A stretch of DNA of 64,000 nucleotides, taken from assembly GCA_040954595.2 (NCBI GenBank), contig CM082584.2:544281-608280 (forward strand). The letters are read 5' to 3'. The position numbers and the translations under genes were made by a program. The notes below the pieces were generated by a model. The model saw only the letters and a program-made list of their open reading frames with translations. It did not search any database and had not been told where the DNA came from. Shown piece after piece: positions 1 to 10,982 of this stretch; within the stretch, counting starts at the first letter, position 1, and each line of letters opens with the position of its first letter. This DNA comes from Balanoglossus misakiensis (lineage: Eukaryota; Animalia; Hemichordata).

Positions 1-2806
1 CGTAATCACTGTTGATAACTTACGCCAGTCTGTGTCATATAGAGCCGGTGCACCAGCCGAGTCACGCCGTAGGAAATCTGACTTGATCAACGTGGTCAAT
101 GTACGCCTGTTTTTGCTCTAGAGTGCCGGGGCTTCAGCTGAGCCAGGCCGTAGGAAACCCGACGTGATTACCGTTGTTAACTTACGCCAGTCTGTGTCCT
201 ATATATAGTGCCGGGGCATCAGCCGTGCCAGGCCGAAGGAAATGTGAGTAGATCAACGTGGTCTCTGTACGCGTGTTTCTGCTCTAGAGTGCCAGGACTT
301 TAGCCAAGCCATGCCGTAGGAAATCTGACTTGATCAACGTTGCTAACGAACGCTAGTGTCTGTCATAGTGTGCCGGGGTTTTAGTCGAGCCAAGCCGTAG
401 GAGTTCAGACTTGATCAACGTGGTCTCTGTACGCGTGTTTCTGCTCTAGAGTGCCGGGGCTTTATCCAAGCCATGCCGTAGAAAATCTGACTTGATCACC
501 GTTGCTAACGTACGCTAGTGTCTGTCATATTTTGACGGAGATTTAGCCGAGCTAGGCCGTAGAAAAATCGACTTGTTCAACGTTACCAGTGTGCAACTGT
601 TTCTGCTCTAGAGTGTCAGGGTTTTAGCCGACTTATGCTGTAGGAAATCTGAGTTGATGAACGGGAATTCAATGTTAGAAAACCCGTGTGGAAAGTATCT
701 CTACCCTTTTGAAACTAAGAAAATAATTTATTCTTATTTATTTTGTAAAAAAGACAATTTTTCGGAAAATGTCGAAAATGGTAATTTTGACTTGGGTGAT
801 TCAAATTATACCGCCTTTTTTGGAATTTGCAGCACTTTTTACAAGAGAACGACACTTCATGCTCCATAATATTTCCGAAAATGAAGAAAAGAGTTAATTT
901 TTTAAGATTTTTTTAAAATTTACCATTTTTGTCAACATATGGCCAAAATGGCTATTTTTTCTTGAATTCCGTCAATATATCTGCATTTTTGGAGTGGTCG
1001 AAAGTTTTAACATACAATCAACATGTCATATATGATCAGGGCACCAAATTCGAAGAACAAAGGTTTTTTTATTTTTTTTTCTAAAAATGACATTTTCAAG
1101 GAAAATTTGGTAAAACGCAATTTTGTCTGCAGTGAGCCAAATTAGACGGTCTTTTGTGGAATTTGTATCGATATATACATACGAAGAGCATTCTATACTC
1201 CATCAGATTTCCGAAAATGTAGAAAACAGGTATTTTTTGTAATTTTCAAAAATTTACCATTTTGACCAAATTGTGGCTAAAATTGTTATTTTCGTGTTGA
1301 ATGCCGCCAGTGTCAATGCTTTTAAAAGTCAGAAAAACTTTTAACATACAAGCAATTGTTTATATATGATCAGGTCACCGAATTAAAAAAATAAAGAATG
1401 TTTTGCCTAAAAATGACCTTTTTGGTGCAAAAACGAATAAAACGCAACTTTGTATTAAATCAGCTCATTCAGAGTGCATTTTTATAATCAGCACCATTTT
1501 TACATATAATGGAAATTTCATACATCATCAGATATCCAAATATGAAAAAATGAATTAGAAATATTTAAGATGATTGTCCAAAATTAGCTGATATCTGAAA
1601 AATGTAGTATTGAACCGTTCTGTTTCCCCCCCCCCCCTACATAACATGCGGTACGCCGATGTCAGTTTACCCGGCAGTACTGCAGGCCGTGCCCCCAACT
1701 AACGTCGGTGTTTGAAACGCCCTGGTTAAATTCGAGCTTTCTCTACAAATTGACAGGCAATAATGCAGTCCTACCCGAACAAATGTCGAGTGTTGACCCG
1801 CTGTGACTTTCCCTCTTCGGTTTGCCCGACTTAGCCAACGTCTTTGTACTAGAGTGTCAGGTCTTTTGCAGAGCCAGGCCGAAGGAAATCCGACTTGATC
1901 ACCGTTGCTAACGAACGCTAGTGTCTGTCATGGTGTGCCGGGGTTTTAGTCGAGCCAGGCCGTAGGAGATCTGACTTGATCATCGTGGTCAATGTACGCG
2001 TGTTTCCGCTCTAAAGTGCCGGGGCTTCAGCTAAACCAGGCCGTAGGAAATCCGACGTAATCACCGTTGATAACTTACGCCAGTCTGTGTCATATAGAGC
2101 CGGTGCACCAGCCGAGTCACGCCGTAGGAAATCTGACTTGATCAACGTGGTCAATGTACGCCTGTTTCTGCTCTAGAGTGCCGGGGCTTCAGCTAAACCA
2201 GGCCGTAGGAAATCCGACGTAATCACCGTTGATAACTTACGCCAGTCTGTGTCATATAGAGCCGGTGCACCAGCCGAGTCACGCCGTAGGAAATCTGACT
2301 TGATCAACGTGGTCAATGTACGCCTGTTTCTGCTCTAGAGTGCCGGGGCTTCAGCTGAGCCAGGCCGTAGGAAACCCGACGTGATTACCGTTGTTAACTT
2401 ACGCCAGTCTGTGTCCTATATATAGTGCCGGGGCATCAGCCGTGCCAGGCCGAAGGAAATGTGAGTAGATCAACGTGGTCTCTGTACGCGTGTTTCTGCT
2501 CTACAGTGCCAGGGCTTTAGCCAAGCCATGCCGTAGGAAATCTGACTTGATCAACGTTGCTAACGAACGCTAGTGTCTGTCATAGTGTGCCGGGGTTTCA
2601 GTCGAGCCAAGCCGTAGGAGATCAGACTTGATCAACCTGGTCTCTGTACGCGTGTTTCTGCTCTAGAGTGCCGGGGCTTTATCCAAGCCATGCCGTAGAA
2701 AATCTGACTTGATCACCGTTGCTAACGTACGCTAGTGTCTGTCATATTGTGACGGAGATTTAGCCGAGCCAGGCCCTAGAAAAATCGACTTGTTCAACGT
2801 TACCAG
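1..2806 (+). repeat. Compound ~2.05-kb tandem repeat, segment 1 (+ orientation, ~1.3 units)
   Basis: 81-bp monomers (ccgtaggaaatctgacttgatcaac... at ~67,148,233,314,395,476,557), AT-rich block ~660-1620, poly-C linker ~1625-1850, monomers again from ~1850; same unit recurs throughout the window. Confidence 0.95.
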
Positions 2807-3193
2807 TGTAGTAACCTCGATGTGCCGTCTCAAATGGCGCCCTAATTCACATCAAAGGCCACAGGGTTCTATAGTATTTGCCGTTACCTAACTGGAGCTC
2901 ACCATCGCCGACGAACATTCCTTGTCAGATGTCACAGAAAACGCTGCTCGGAACTTTACACGAACATTTAATGACTGAACATACAACACTGGCACTGGAT
3001 GATGCGTCGCGGTGGTTGAAGTTTCCGTAGAAAACTGGCAAAAATCCCCAGGCTAACTGTGCAAAAGTCCTCACATGTGCGCCATGGAATTTTCCAGATA
3101 TTTTCTAAACAAAAGCGCATGCGCTAATGTACTCACAGCGCGAGGGCGCTAGACTAAATATTTCAGTTTCTCTAAGAACTGGGCGTCCTTACA
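2807..3193 (-). repeat. 3' LTR of BEL fragment A (~387 bp)
   Basis: On minus strand begins TGTAAGG immediately after PPT TGGGGGCTGG (3194-3203) and ends TACTACA where satellite resumes; ATTAAA signal at 2967-2972. Confidence 0.8.
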
Positions 3194-3561
3194 CCAGCCC
3201 CCAAATTGTTCATGAAAAAACATTAACAATTTCCATCCTAGCAAATTCAAAACGCCAACATCCATATGTGCCGAAATTACATATCAAATAGAAATTACAA
3301 AACAATATCTATAAATATCTCGAAACGCGAAGTCGAAAGTTTTTCAGGAAACGCGAATACAAGAATCCTTTTCTTCATGAATGTGATGATACATCCTTGA
3401 CCATGCCCAGACCTCGTCCGGTCAATCATGCTGCCAAGCATGATATCCAACACATCTGTACTTCAAAGATGAGATCAAACGCTGGACGTAGTGGATAGAC
3501 TGGCCACTACTTGAGATCGTTGTTATTACAGCTGCTGGTAACTGCAACCATACCAATACCA

Positions 3562-5735
3562 CTAAGTCTGTGCTTCCAGCAATGTGCACAACTTATCATA
3601 TGGTCTTTCTAAAACACTGGATCTGGTCTTCACCAATACTCGTCTCACCACCCCTTTCCGATCAGGCATAACTTTGACGATTACACCCAAAGGCCACGCA
3701 TTTCTGGAGGTGTTCTCATCCTTTTCCAATACAAATCTGACAGATACTGCACTTGCTTCCATCTGTGTACAGCATACAAGTCGTTCTTCTCCGTCACACC
3801 AGGGGGTGTTGCTGCTCCCTTCATAGTAAGCAACATACTGGGTGTCAATGCTTTTAAGTCTCTAACGTCGTCCGACGATACTGTAATCTCATGCGGTCCA
3901 TCTGTACGACGACTTTTGTTCTTGGCACATCTCAACAATGTGTCACCCACTTTACGTATCCAGGCCACTGCTTTCTTCAGTTTATACCAACTGGAGTAGT
4001 GGTCTATCATTTTCTGAACCGTCTCCTCCGCATTAACGGACATGGATCGATCCGCCCCTTTGTCAGGCGTCTGTCGTTCTCCCGAAACAACAGGTACTGT
4101 TCCCAACACAACGGGTACAGTTTCTTCTTCCGACCTCAAGGCTATTCTATGCACTAGTGCGGATTTCTTCACCTCTGGATCTTCTGGATCTAGCTGTGTA
4201 TTGTAGCTATCACTTGGCCATTTGTCTTGTGTCTTCCGCAAGAAATCAGGACCACCTATCCATCTTTCGTTCTTCAGAAAAGCATCTGCCGGGTTGTCAC
4301 TGGTATTAATGTAGCGCCAGTTCGCTGGGTCTGATCCTCCTCGAATCACTGCTAGTCTATTCGCCACGAAGGTATGAAATCTTGTGGTTTCGTTGTTCAT
4401 GTACCGCAGCACGGTTTTGCTATCCGTCCAAAACACGGATTCATTGATTGGCAAATCCATCTCCTTTCTGAGAAGTTTGTCAAGCCTCACTGCTACAGTA
4501 GCTGCAGTTAATTCCATTCGTGGGATCGATATTTGCTTTAATGGAGCCACTCTTGCTTTGGCCATCATCAAAGTGCTGTGGATGTTTCCGCTTTTGTCGA
4601 TCAACCTAAGATATGATACAGCGCCATATCCATTTTCGCTGGCATCAGCAAAGTGATGTAGCTGAGCTGTGTCTACTTCACCAAAGTGCTCGGGCTTTAT
4701 ACATCTGGGTACTGCGAAACACTCTTCTAATTTCGGTAGATCCCTCAACCAATTCTCCCACACTTTGCGTTGTTTTCCAGGAATATCATCATCCCAGCCT
4801 AGTTTTGCTTTACACAGCTGCTGCAAAAGCATCTTGGGTGGCAGAAGCGCTGGTGCTGCCATGCCCAGTGGGTCGTATAATGAACTAACCACTCCTAGAA
4901 TTCCTCGTCTGGTCGCTGGTTTCTCTTTAGTACGATTTCTGAATCCGAATTCGTCAGATTCCACGTTCCACTGCATACCGAGTGCATGCTCCATTGGCAA
5001 GTCATCTCGCTCCAAGTCTAAGTTCTTCACCTCTATCGCCCTTTGTTCTTCAGGTATTGCTTCCAAAACTGGACGCGTATTGCTGATCCACTTTGTGAGC
5101 TTGAACCCTGATTTCTTACAGGTGTCTGTCAGCCCTTCAGCCAAAGACTTTCCTTCCATCACTGTTGATGCTGCCTTCAACATGTCATCAACGTAGAAGT
5201 TTCTAGATATGGTGTTCTTGACACTCAGATCAGAAGTATTGTCTGAAGCTTTCTTCAACGCGAAGTTTGCACAACTGGGTGACGATGTAGCCCCGAAGAT
5301 GTGCACTGTCATTCGGTACTCGACAGGAGGTTCCTCTACATTACCATTAGGCCACCACAGAAAACGCTGGAAATCTCGGTTTTCTTGCGACACGCCAACT
5401 TGAGAGAACATAGCCTCTATATCTGACATCAGTGCTATCCGCTCTTCACGAAAACGTATAAGCACTCCTACAAGTGAACTGGTCAGATCCGGTCCTTGCA
5501 TTAATTCCTTGTTCAAAGAAGTTCCCTTGTATTCTGCACCACAGTCGAAGACTACCCGGATTTTCTGTTTCTGTGGATGGTATACTCCATGATGGGGAAG
5601 ATACCATTTCTTTCCAGGATTGCCTTCCAATTCTTCCTGTGGCACCCTTTCAGCATAGCCTTTGTCTATAATACTTTCCATGAAGGTAGTATATTCTTGA
5701 CGATAGTCATCGTTGTTTCTAAATTTCTTTCCCAA
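3562..5735 (-). pseudogene. BEL/Pao pol remnant: RT + RNase H (Pao peptidase A17 region), integrase core missing, frameshifted C-terminal DUF5641-like tail
   Basis: ORFs 3681-5735 and 3562-3762; no HHCC zinc finger or DDE core between KLKKAVAW and ALTPSMLL; frame switch at ~3720. Confidence 0.88.
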
Positions 5736-5753
5736 CTGAGAAAGCCGATATTC

Positions 5754-8700
5754 TTCTAGGGCCTGGCTCGGCTAAATCTCCGTCACAATATGACAGACAC
5801 TAGCGTATGTTAGCAACGGTGATCAAGTCAGATTTTCTACGGCATGGCTTGGATAAAGCCCCGGCACTCTAGAGCAGAAACACGCGTACAGAGACCACGT
5901 TGATCAAGTCTGATCTCCTACGGCTTGGCTCGACTGAAACCCTGGCACACTATGACAGACACTAGCGTTCGTTAGCAACGTTGATCAAGTCAGATTTCCT
6001 ACGGCATGGCTTGGCTAAAGCCCTGGCACTGTAGAGCAGAAACACGCGTACAGAGACCACGTTGATCTACTCACATTTCCTTCGGCCTGGCACGGCTGAT
6101 GCCCCGGCACTATATATAGGACACAGACTGGCGTAAGTTAACAACGGTAATCACGTCGGGTTTCCTACGGCCTGGCTCAGCTGAAGCCCCGGCACTCTAG
6201 AGCAGAAACAGGCGTACATTGACCACGTTGATCAAGTCAGATTTCCTACGGCGTGACTCGGCTGGTGCACCGGCTCTATATGACACAGACTGGCGTAAGT
6301 TATCAACGGTGATTACGTCGGATTTCCTACGGCCTGGTTTAGCTGAAGCCCCGGCACTTTAGAGCGGAAACACGCGTACATTGACCACGATGATCAAGTC
6401 AGATCTCCTACGGCCTGGCTCGACTAAAACCCCGGCACACCATGACAGACACTAGCGTTCGTTAGCAACGGTGATCAAGTCGGATTTCCTTCGGCCTGGC
6501 TCTGCAAAAGACCTGACACTCTAGTACAAAGACGTTGGCTAAGTCGGGCAAACCGAAGAGGGAAAGTCACAGCGGGTCAACACTCGACATTTGTTCGGGT
6601 AGGACTGCATTATTGCCTGTCAATTTATAGAGAAAGCTCGAATTTAACCAGGGCGTTTCAAACACCGACGTTAGTTGGGGGCACGGCCTGCAGTACTGCC
6701 GGGTAAGCTGACATCGGCGTACCGCATGTAATGTAGGGGGGGGGGAGGGAAACAGAACGGTTCAATGCTACATTTATCAGATATCAGCTAATTTTGGACA
6801 ATCATCTAAAATCTAAATCATTTTTTCATATTTGGATATCTGATGATGTATGAAATTTCCATTATATGTAAAAATGGTGCTGATTATAAAAATGCACTCT
6901 GAATGAGCTGATTTAATACAAAATTGCGTTTTATTCGTTTTTGCACCAAAAAGGTCATTTTTAGGCAAAACATTCTTTATTTTTTAATTCGGTGACCTGA
7001 TCATATATAAACAATTGCTTGTATGTTAAAAGTTTTTCTGACTTTTAAAAGCAGTGACACTGGCGGCATTCAACACGAAAATAACAATTTTAGCCACAAT
7101 TTGGTCAAAATGGTAAATTTTTGAAAATTACAAAAAATACCTGTTTTCTACATTTTCGGAAATCTGATGGAGTATAGAATGCTCTTCGTATCTATATATA
7201 TCGATACAAATTCCACAAAAGACCGTCTAATTTGGCTCACTGCAGACAAATTGCGTTTTACCAAATTTTCCTTGAAAATGTCATTTTTAGAAAAAAAATA
7301 AAAAAACCTTTGTTCTTCGAATTTGGTGCCCTGATCATATATGACATGTTGATTGTATGTTAAAACTTTCGACCACTCCAAAAATGCAGAGATGTTGACG
7401 GAATTCAAGAAAAAATAGCCATTTTGGCCATATTTTGACAAAAATGGTAAATTTTAAAAAAATCTTAAAAAATTAACTCTTTTCTTCATTTTCGGAAATA
7501 TTATGGAGCATGAAGTGTCGTTCTCTTGTAAAAAGTGCTGCAAATTCCAGAAAAGGCGGTATAATTTGAATCACCCAAGTCAAAATTACCATTTTCGACA
7601 TTTTCCGAAAAATTGTCTTTTTTACAAAATAAATAAGAATAAATTCTTTTCTTAGTTTCAAACGGGTAGAGATACTTTCCACACGGGTTTTCTAACATTG
7701 GATTCCCGTTCATCAACTCAGATTTCCTACAGCATAAGTCGGCTAAAACCCTGACACTCTAGAGCAGAAACAGTTGCACACTGGTAACGTTGAACAAGTC
7801 GATTTTTCTACGGCCTGGCTCGGCTAAATCTCCGTCAAAATATGACAGACACTAGCGTACGTTAGCAACGGTGATCAAGTCAGATTTTCTACGGCATGGC
7901 TTGGATAAAGCCCCGGCACTCTAGAGCAGAAACACGCGTACAGAGACCACGTTGATCAAGTCTGTGTCCTATATATAGTGCCGGGGCATCAGCCGTGCCA
8001 GGCCGAAGGAAATGTGAGTAGATCAACGTGGTCTCCCGTGTGGAAAGTATCTCTACCCGTTTGAAACTAAGAAAAGAATTTATTCTTATTTATCTTGTAA
8101 AAAAGACAACGTTGATCAAGTCAGATTTCCTACGGCATGGCTTGGCTAAAGCCCTGGCACTCTAGAGCAGAAACACGCGTACAGAGACCACGTTGATCTA
8201 CTCACATTTCCTTCGGCCTGGCACGGCTGATGCCCCGGCACTATATATAGGACAAAGACTGGCGTAAGTTAACAACGGTAATCACGTCGGGTTTCCTACG
8301 GCCTGGCTCAGCTGAAGCCCCGGCACTCTAGAGCAGAAACATGCGTACATTGACCACGTTGATCAAGTCAGATTTCCTATGGCGTGACTTGGCTGGTGCA
8401 CCGGCTCTATATGACACAGACTGGCGTAAGTTATCAACGGTGATTACGTCGGATTTCCTACGGCCTGGTTTAGCTGAAGCCCCGGCACTTTAGAGCGGAA
8501 ACACGCGTATATTGACCACGATGATCAAGTCAGATCTCCTACGGCCTGGCTCGACTAAAACCCCGGCACACCATGACAGACACTAGCGTTCGTTAGCAAC
8601 GGTGATCAAGTCGGATTTCCTTCGGCCTGTCTCTGCAAAAGACCCGACACTCTGGTACAAAGACGTTGGCTAAGTCGGGGAAAACGAAGAGGGAAAGTCA

Positions 8701-8790
8701 CAGCGGGTCAACACTCGACATTTGTTCGGGTAGGACTGCATTATTGCCTGTCAATTTATAGAGAGAGCCCGAATTTAACCAGGGCGTTTC
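5754..8790 (-). repeat. Compound tandem repeat, segment 2 (inverted orientation)
   Basis: Reverse complement of segment 1; contains a small rearranged patch at 7959-8109. Confidence 0.95.
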
Positions 8791-9138
8791 CAGGCATGAT
8801 CTTGAAAACTGTAATACCGAGGTCATGTGGTGGTGGCGCTGTTTTACTGGTCGCAGCTTAGTGATTACGGCTCCTGAAAATTGCTAGTTTTTTGCCTTAG
8901 ATCTGATGCTTATGACTTGTACGGCACATGGACTGGAACATGAAACTGTTCTTAATACCTAGAACCTTGTTTGAAATGTAAGTGTGCACTGTTCATCTGG
9001 ATTTCGCCATTCGGTTTTTCTTCTTCACCATATGTGTATTGAAGGACTGCACTGTACAATCTCTCTGGAGTGGCGGGAAATTTGTATTGTCATCCAAATA
9101 ACTGTATTGTCTTCCAAAAATTTGCATTGCAAATCAAG

Positions 9139-10982
9139 ATGGCAACACAAAGGAAATCTGTCACCGGTGAATCCACAGTTCCATTAGACATTGAGCGACA
9201 GATGAAAGCAAAGTACCTGGATCGAGTAAACGACATGTCTCCACAAGAACTGAAATCATTCAGCAAATGGCCACTTGTCAAAGAGTTAAATGCCGAAATG
9301 ACGCTCCTGCTACCTAATGTTGAAGCCGATCCCATTAAAAAGGTATGCCACTACATCGGAAACGCCTTGAATAACCGTGTCCAACAGCGCCTGGCAGAGG
9401 TAAGCCGTCCATCGTCACCGCCTTCTGCCAACTATGTCATTGACATGGTTACCTCTCCTATAAAGTCGCTAGTGAGAAGCTTTAGTCACAGCAACTCCGA
9501 AGTTGATTCGTCTGATATTACCCTGGAATCCGACAATGTTGAATCAACCCAGCGACCACCAAAAGCTGGTAAGAAAACCCCACGCAAGTCAAAGAAAAAG
9601 CGTCAAGCGGAAAAGAATCGTCAACAAAAATCACCCGGCACTGAATGTTACTGTACTGAAAACTGCAAACTTGATAGATCGGGTAATGGTGAAATGATTC
9701 GGTGCAGCTTGTGTTATAGCTGGTTTCACCTAAAGTGCATAAATGTTGAAAATGAGGAACTGAACCGCTATTTCTGGCCATGCCATGACTGTAGACGTCT
9801 GTCACATTCCGTCACTGCACTGAATAATCAAATTTCTGAATTTAAGGACACCAATGAATACCTACACGATATATGTACTCATCCGCTACGAAAGAAAACG
9901 CTGAATTAAAGGAGGAACTTCTCAAGCTCCGTGACGTAAATGCCGACCTGAAAATGAGACTACATACGGAACTGACTAAACAAAGTAACCGTCCGGAGGT
10001 AAGATCTCTAGGTACACAAACTAGTGATGATATGATCCAGACAGATGAGTCTCATGTCAGAGAGCAGCGTACACAAGACCAAACATTATTCGTTGGGGAC
10101 TCGTTACTTCGTTTCATATCCCCAGTAAATCACAATGCTACAGTGGAAGCTATTCCAGGTGCTACGATTAATGACATTCATGCTAACCTGTCTGCTAAAT
10201 GCAACGACAAATACAGGGAAATATATCTCCAAGTAGGAACAAATGACATCAGTAAGATGATTCCAACGGGTGATATCATAGCAAGCTACCTGGATTTGAT
10301 AAAACTCGCCAAAACCTTGTCAAATGATCGAGTCATCGTTCTCAGCATTCCGCCTCGGACAGACACTACTGATGTTCAACCAAAAATAGATGAAGTTAAC
10401 AATGAGCTTGCTTTGCTGTGCCAACGGGAAAACGTCAATTTCATTGACAACGATGGTACCTTCAAATTCCGTAATAACACAATTGATGCGTCTACACTCT
10501 ATCGAGACGGCATTCACCTAAGTGTCAAAGGCATTCGTATTATGTTGACGAATGCTGGTCTCGAACAACTGTTCACACCGGGCAAATTTCAACGTCGAAG
10601 ATGGGATAACCAATCGTCTACTCGCCCGGACGAATTTCAACGTCGAAGATGGGATAACCAATCGTTTACTCGCCCGGACGAATTTCAACGTCGAAGATGG
10701 GATAACCAATCGTTTACTCGCCCTGGGCCAGCAGTTCAACGGCAGAGATACGAAAACACTTTTCTCAGCAGAAGACCGGAACAACATGTCGTAACCAACA
10801 GAAACCCAAACGCCGGTCGTATGTTCTCGCAGCGTAACTTCTCGCAACCCGCAACAAATGTCAAATGTTTCAACTGCGGAGAGGATGGTCACGTGAGTCG
10901 TGTTTGTCGACATGGTGCAGCGGTAACTTGCTGGTCATGTGGCACTCAAGGGCACAAGTCAAAGAACTGTACCCGCGCCTGA
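9139..10982 (+). pseudogene. LINE ORF1: PHD finger + coiled coil + SGNH/GDSL esterase + two CCHC zinc knuckles; frameshift at ~9880-9900
   Basis: CYC..C..MIRCSLCYSWFHLKC..WPCHDC (PHD); GDS, GTND, DGIHL (SGNH blocks); CFNCGEDGHVSRVC and CWSCGTQGHKSKNC; split into ORFs 9070-9909 and 9873-10982. Confidence 0.88.
10585..10723 (+). repeat. 48-bp in-frame tandem repeat x~3 in ORF1 (FQRRRWDNQSFTRPDE)
   Basis: Units start at 10585, 10633, 10681, nearly identical. Confidence 0.95.

Larger units (their letters stand above)
2807..5755 (-). mobile_element. BEL/Pao LTR retrotransposon fragment A (5'-truncated, internally deleted, with 3' LTR)
   Basis: Pol motifs WYLPHHGV, RVVFD, FGATSSP, FYVDD, FADAS, KARVAPLK, PRMEL, WTDS, FVANR; C-terminal WPLG...RP; PPT and LTR downstream. 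Confidence 0.93.

Noticed and set aside
1-660. rDNA intergenic spacer (cf. Xenopus 60/81-bp enhancer repeats)
   Set aside because: Only the period coincides; no rRNA gene sequence anywhere in the window
1850-2806. 81-bp monomers as a CRISPR array or a 27-aa coding repeat
   Set aside because: No repeat/unique-spacer alternation, no cas genes, eukaryotic context; the monomer I translated has stops in all six frames
3584-5759. Plus-strand ORFs overlapping BEL pol (and similar antisense ORFs within the LINEs)
   Set aside because: Shadow frames of real coding sequence without motifs
5900-6350. 5S rRNA-like words (cctacggcc, gtctgatctc, ggcctggtttag) in monomers
   Set aside because: Order and spacing do not fit 5S; no colinear 120-nt match or internal promoter boxes
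6835-6865. Hammerhead-like CTGATGA..GAAA in the AT-rich block
   Set aside because: Only 5 nt between core motifs with no stem II, and no compatible stem I/III or cleavage triplet found
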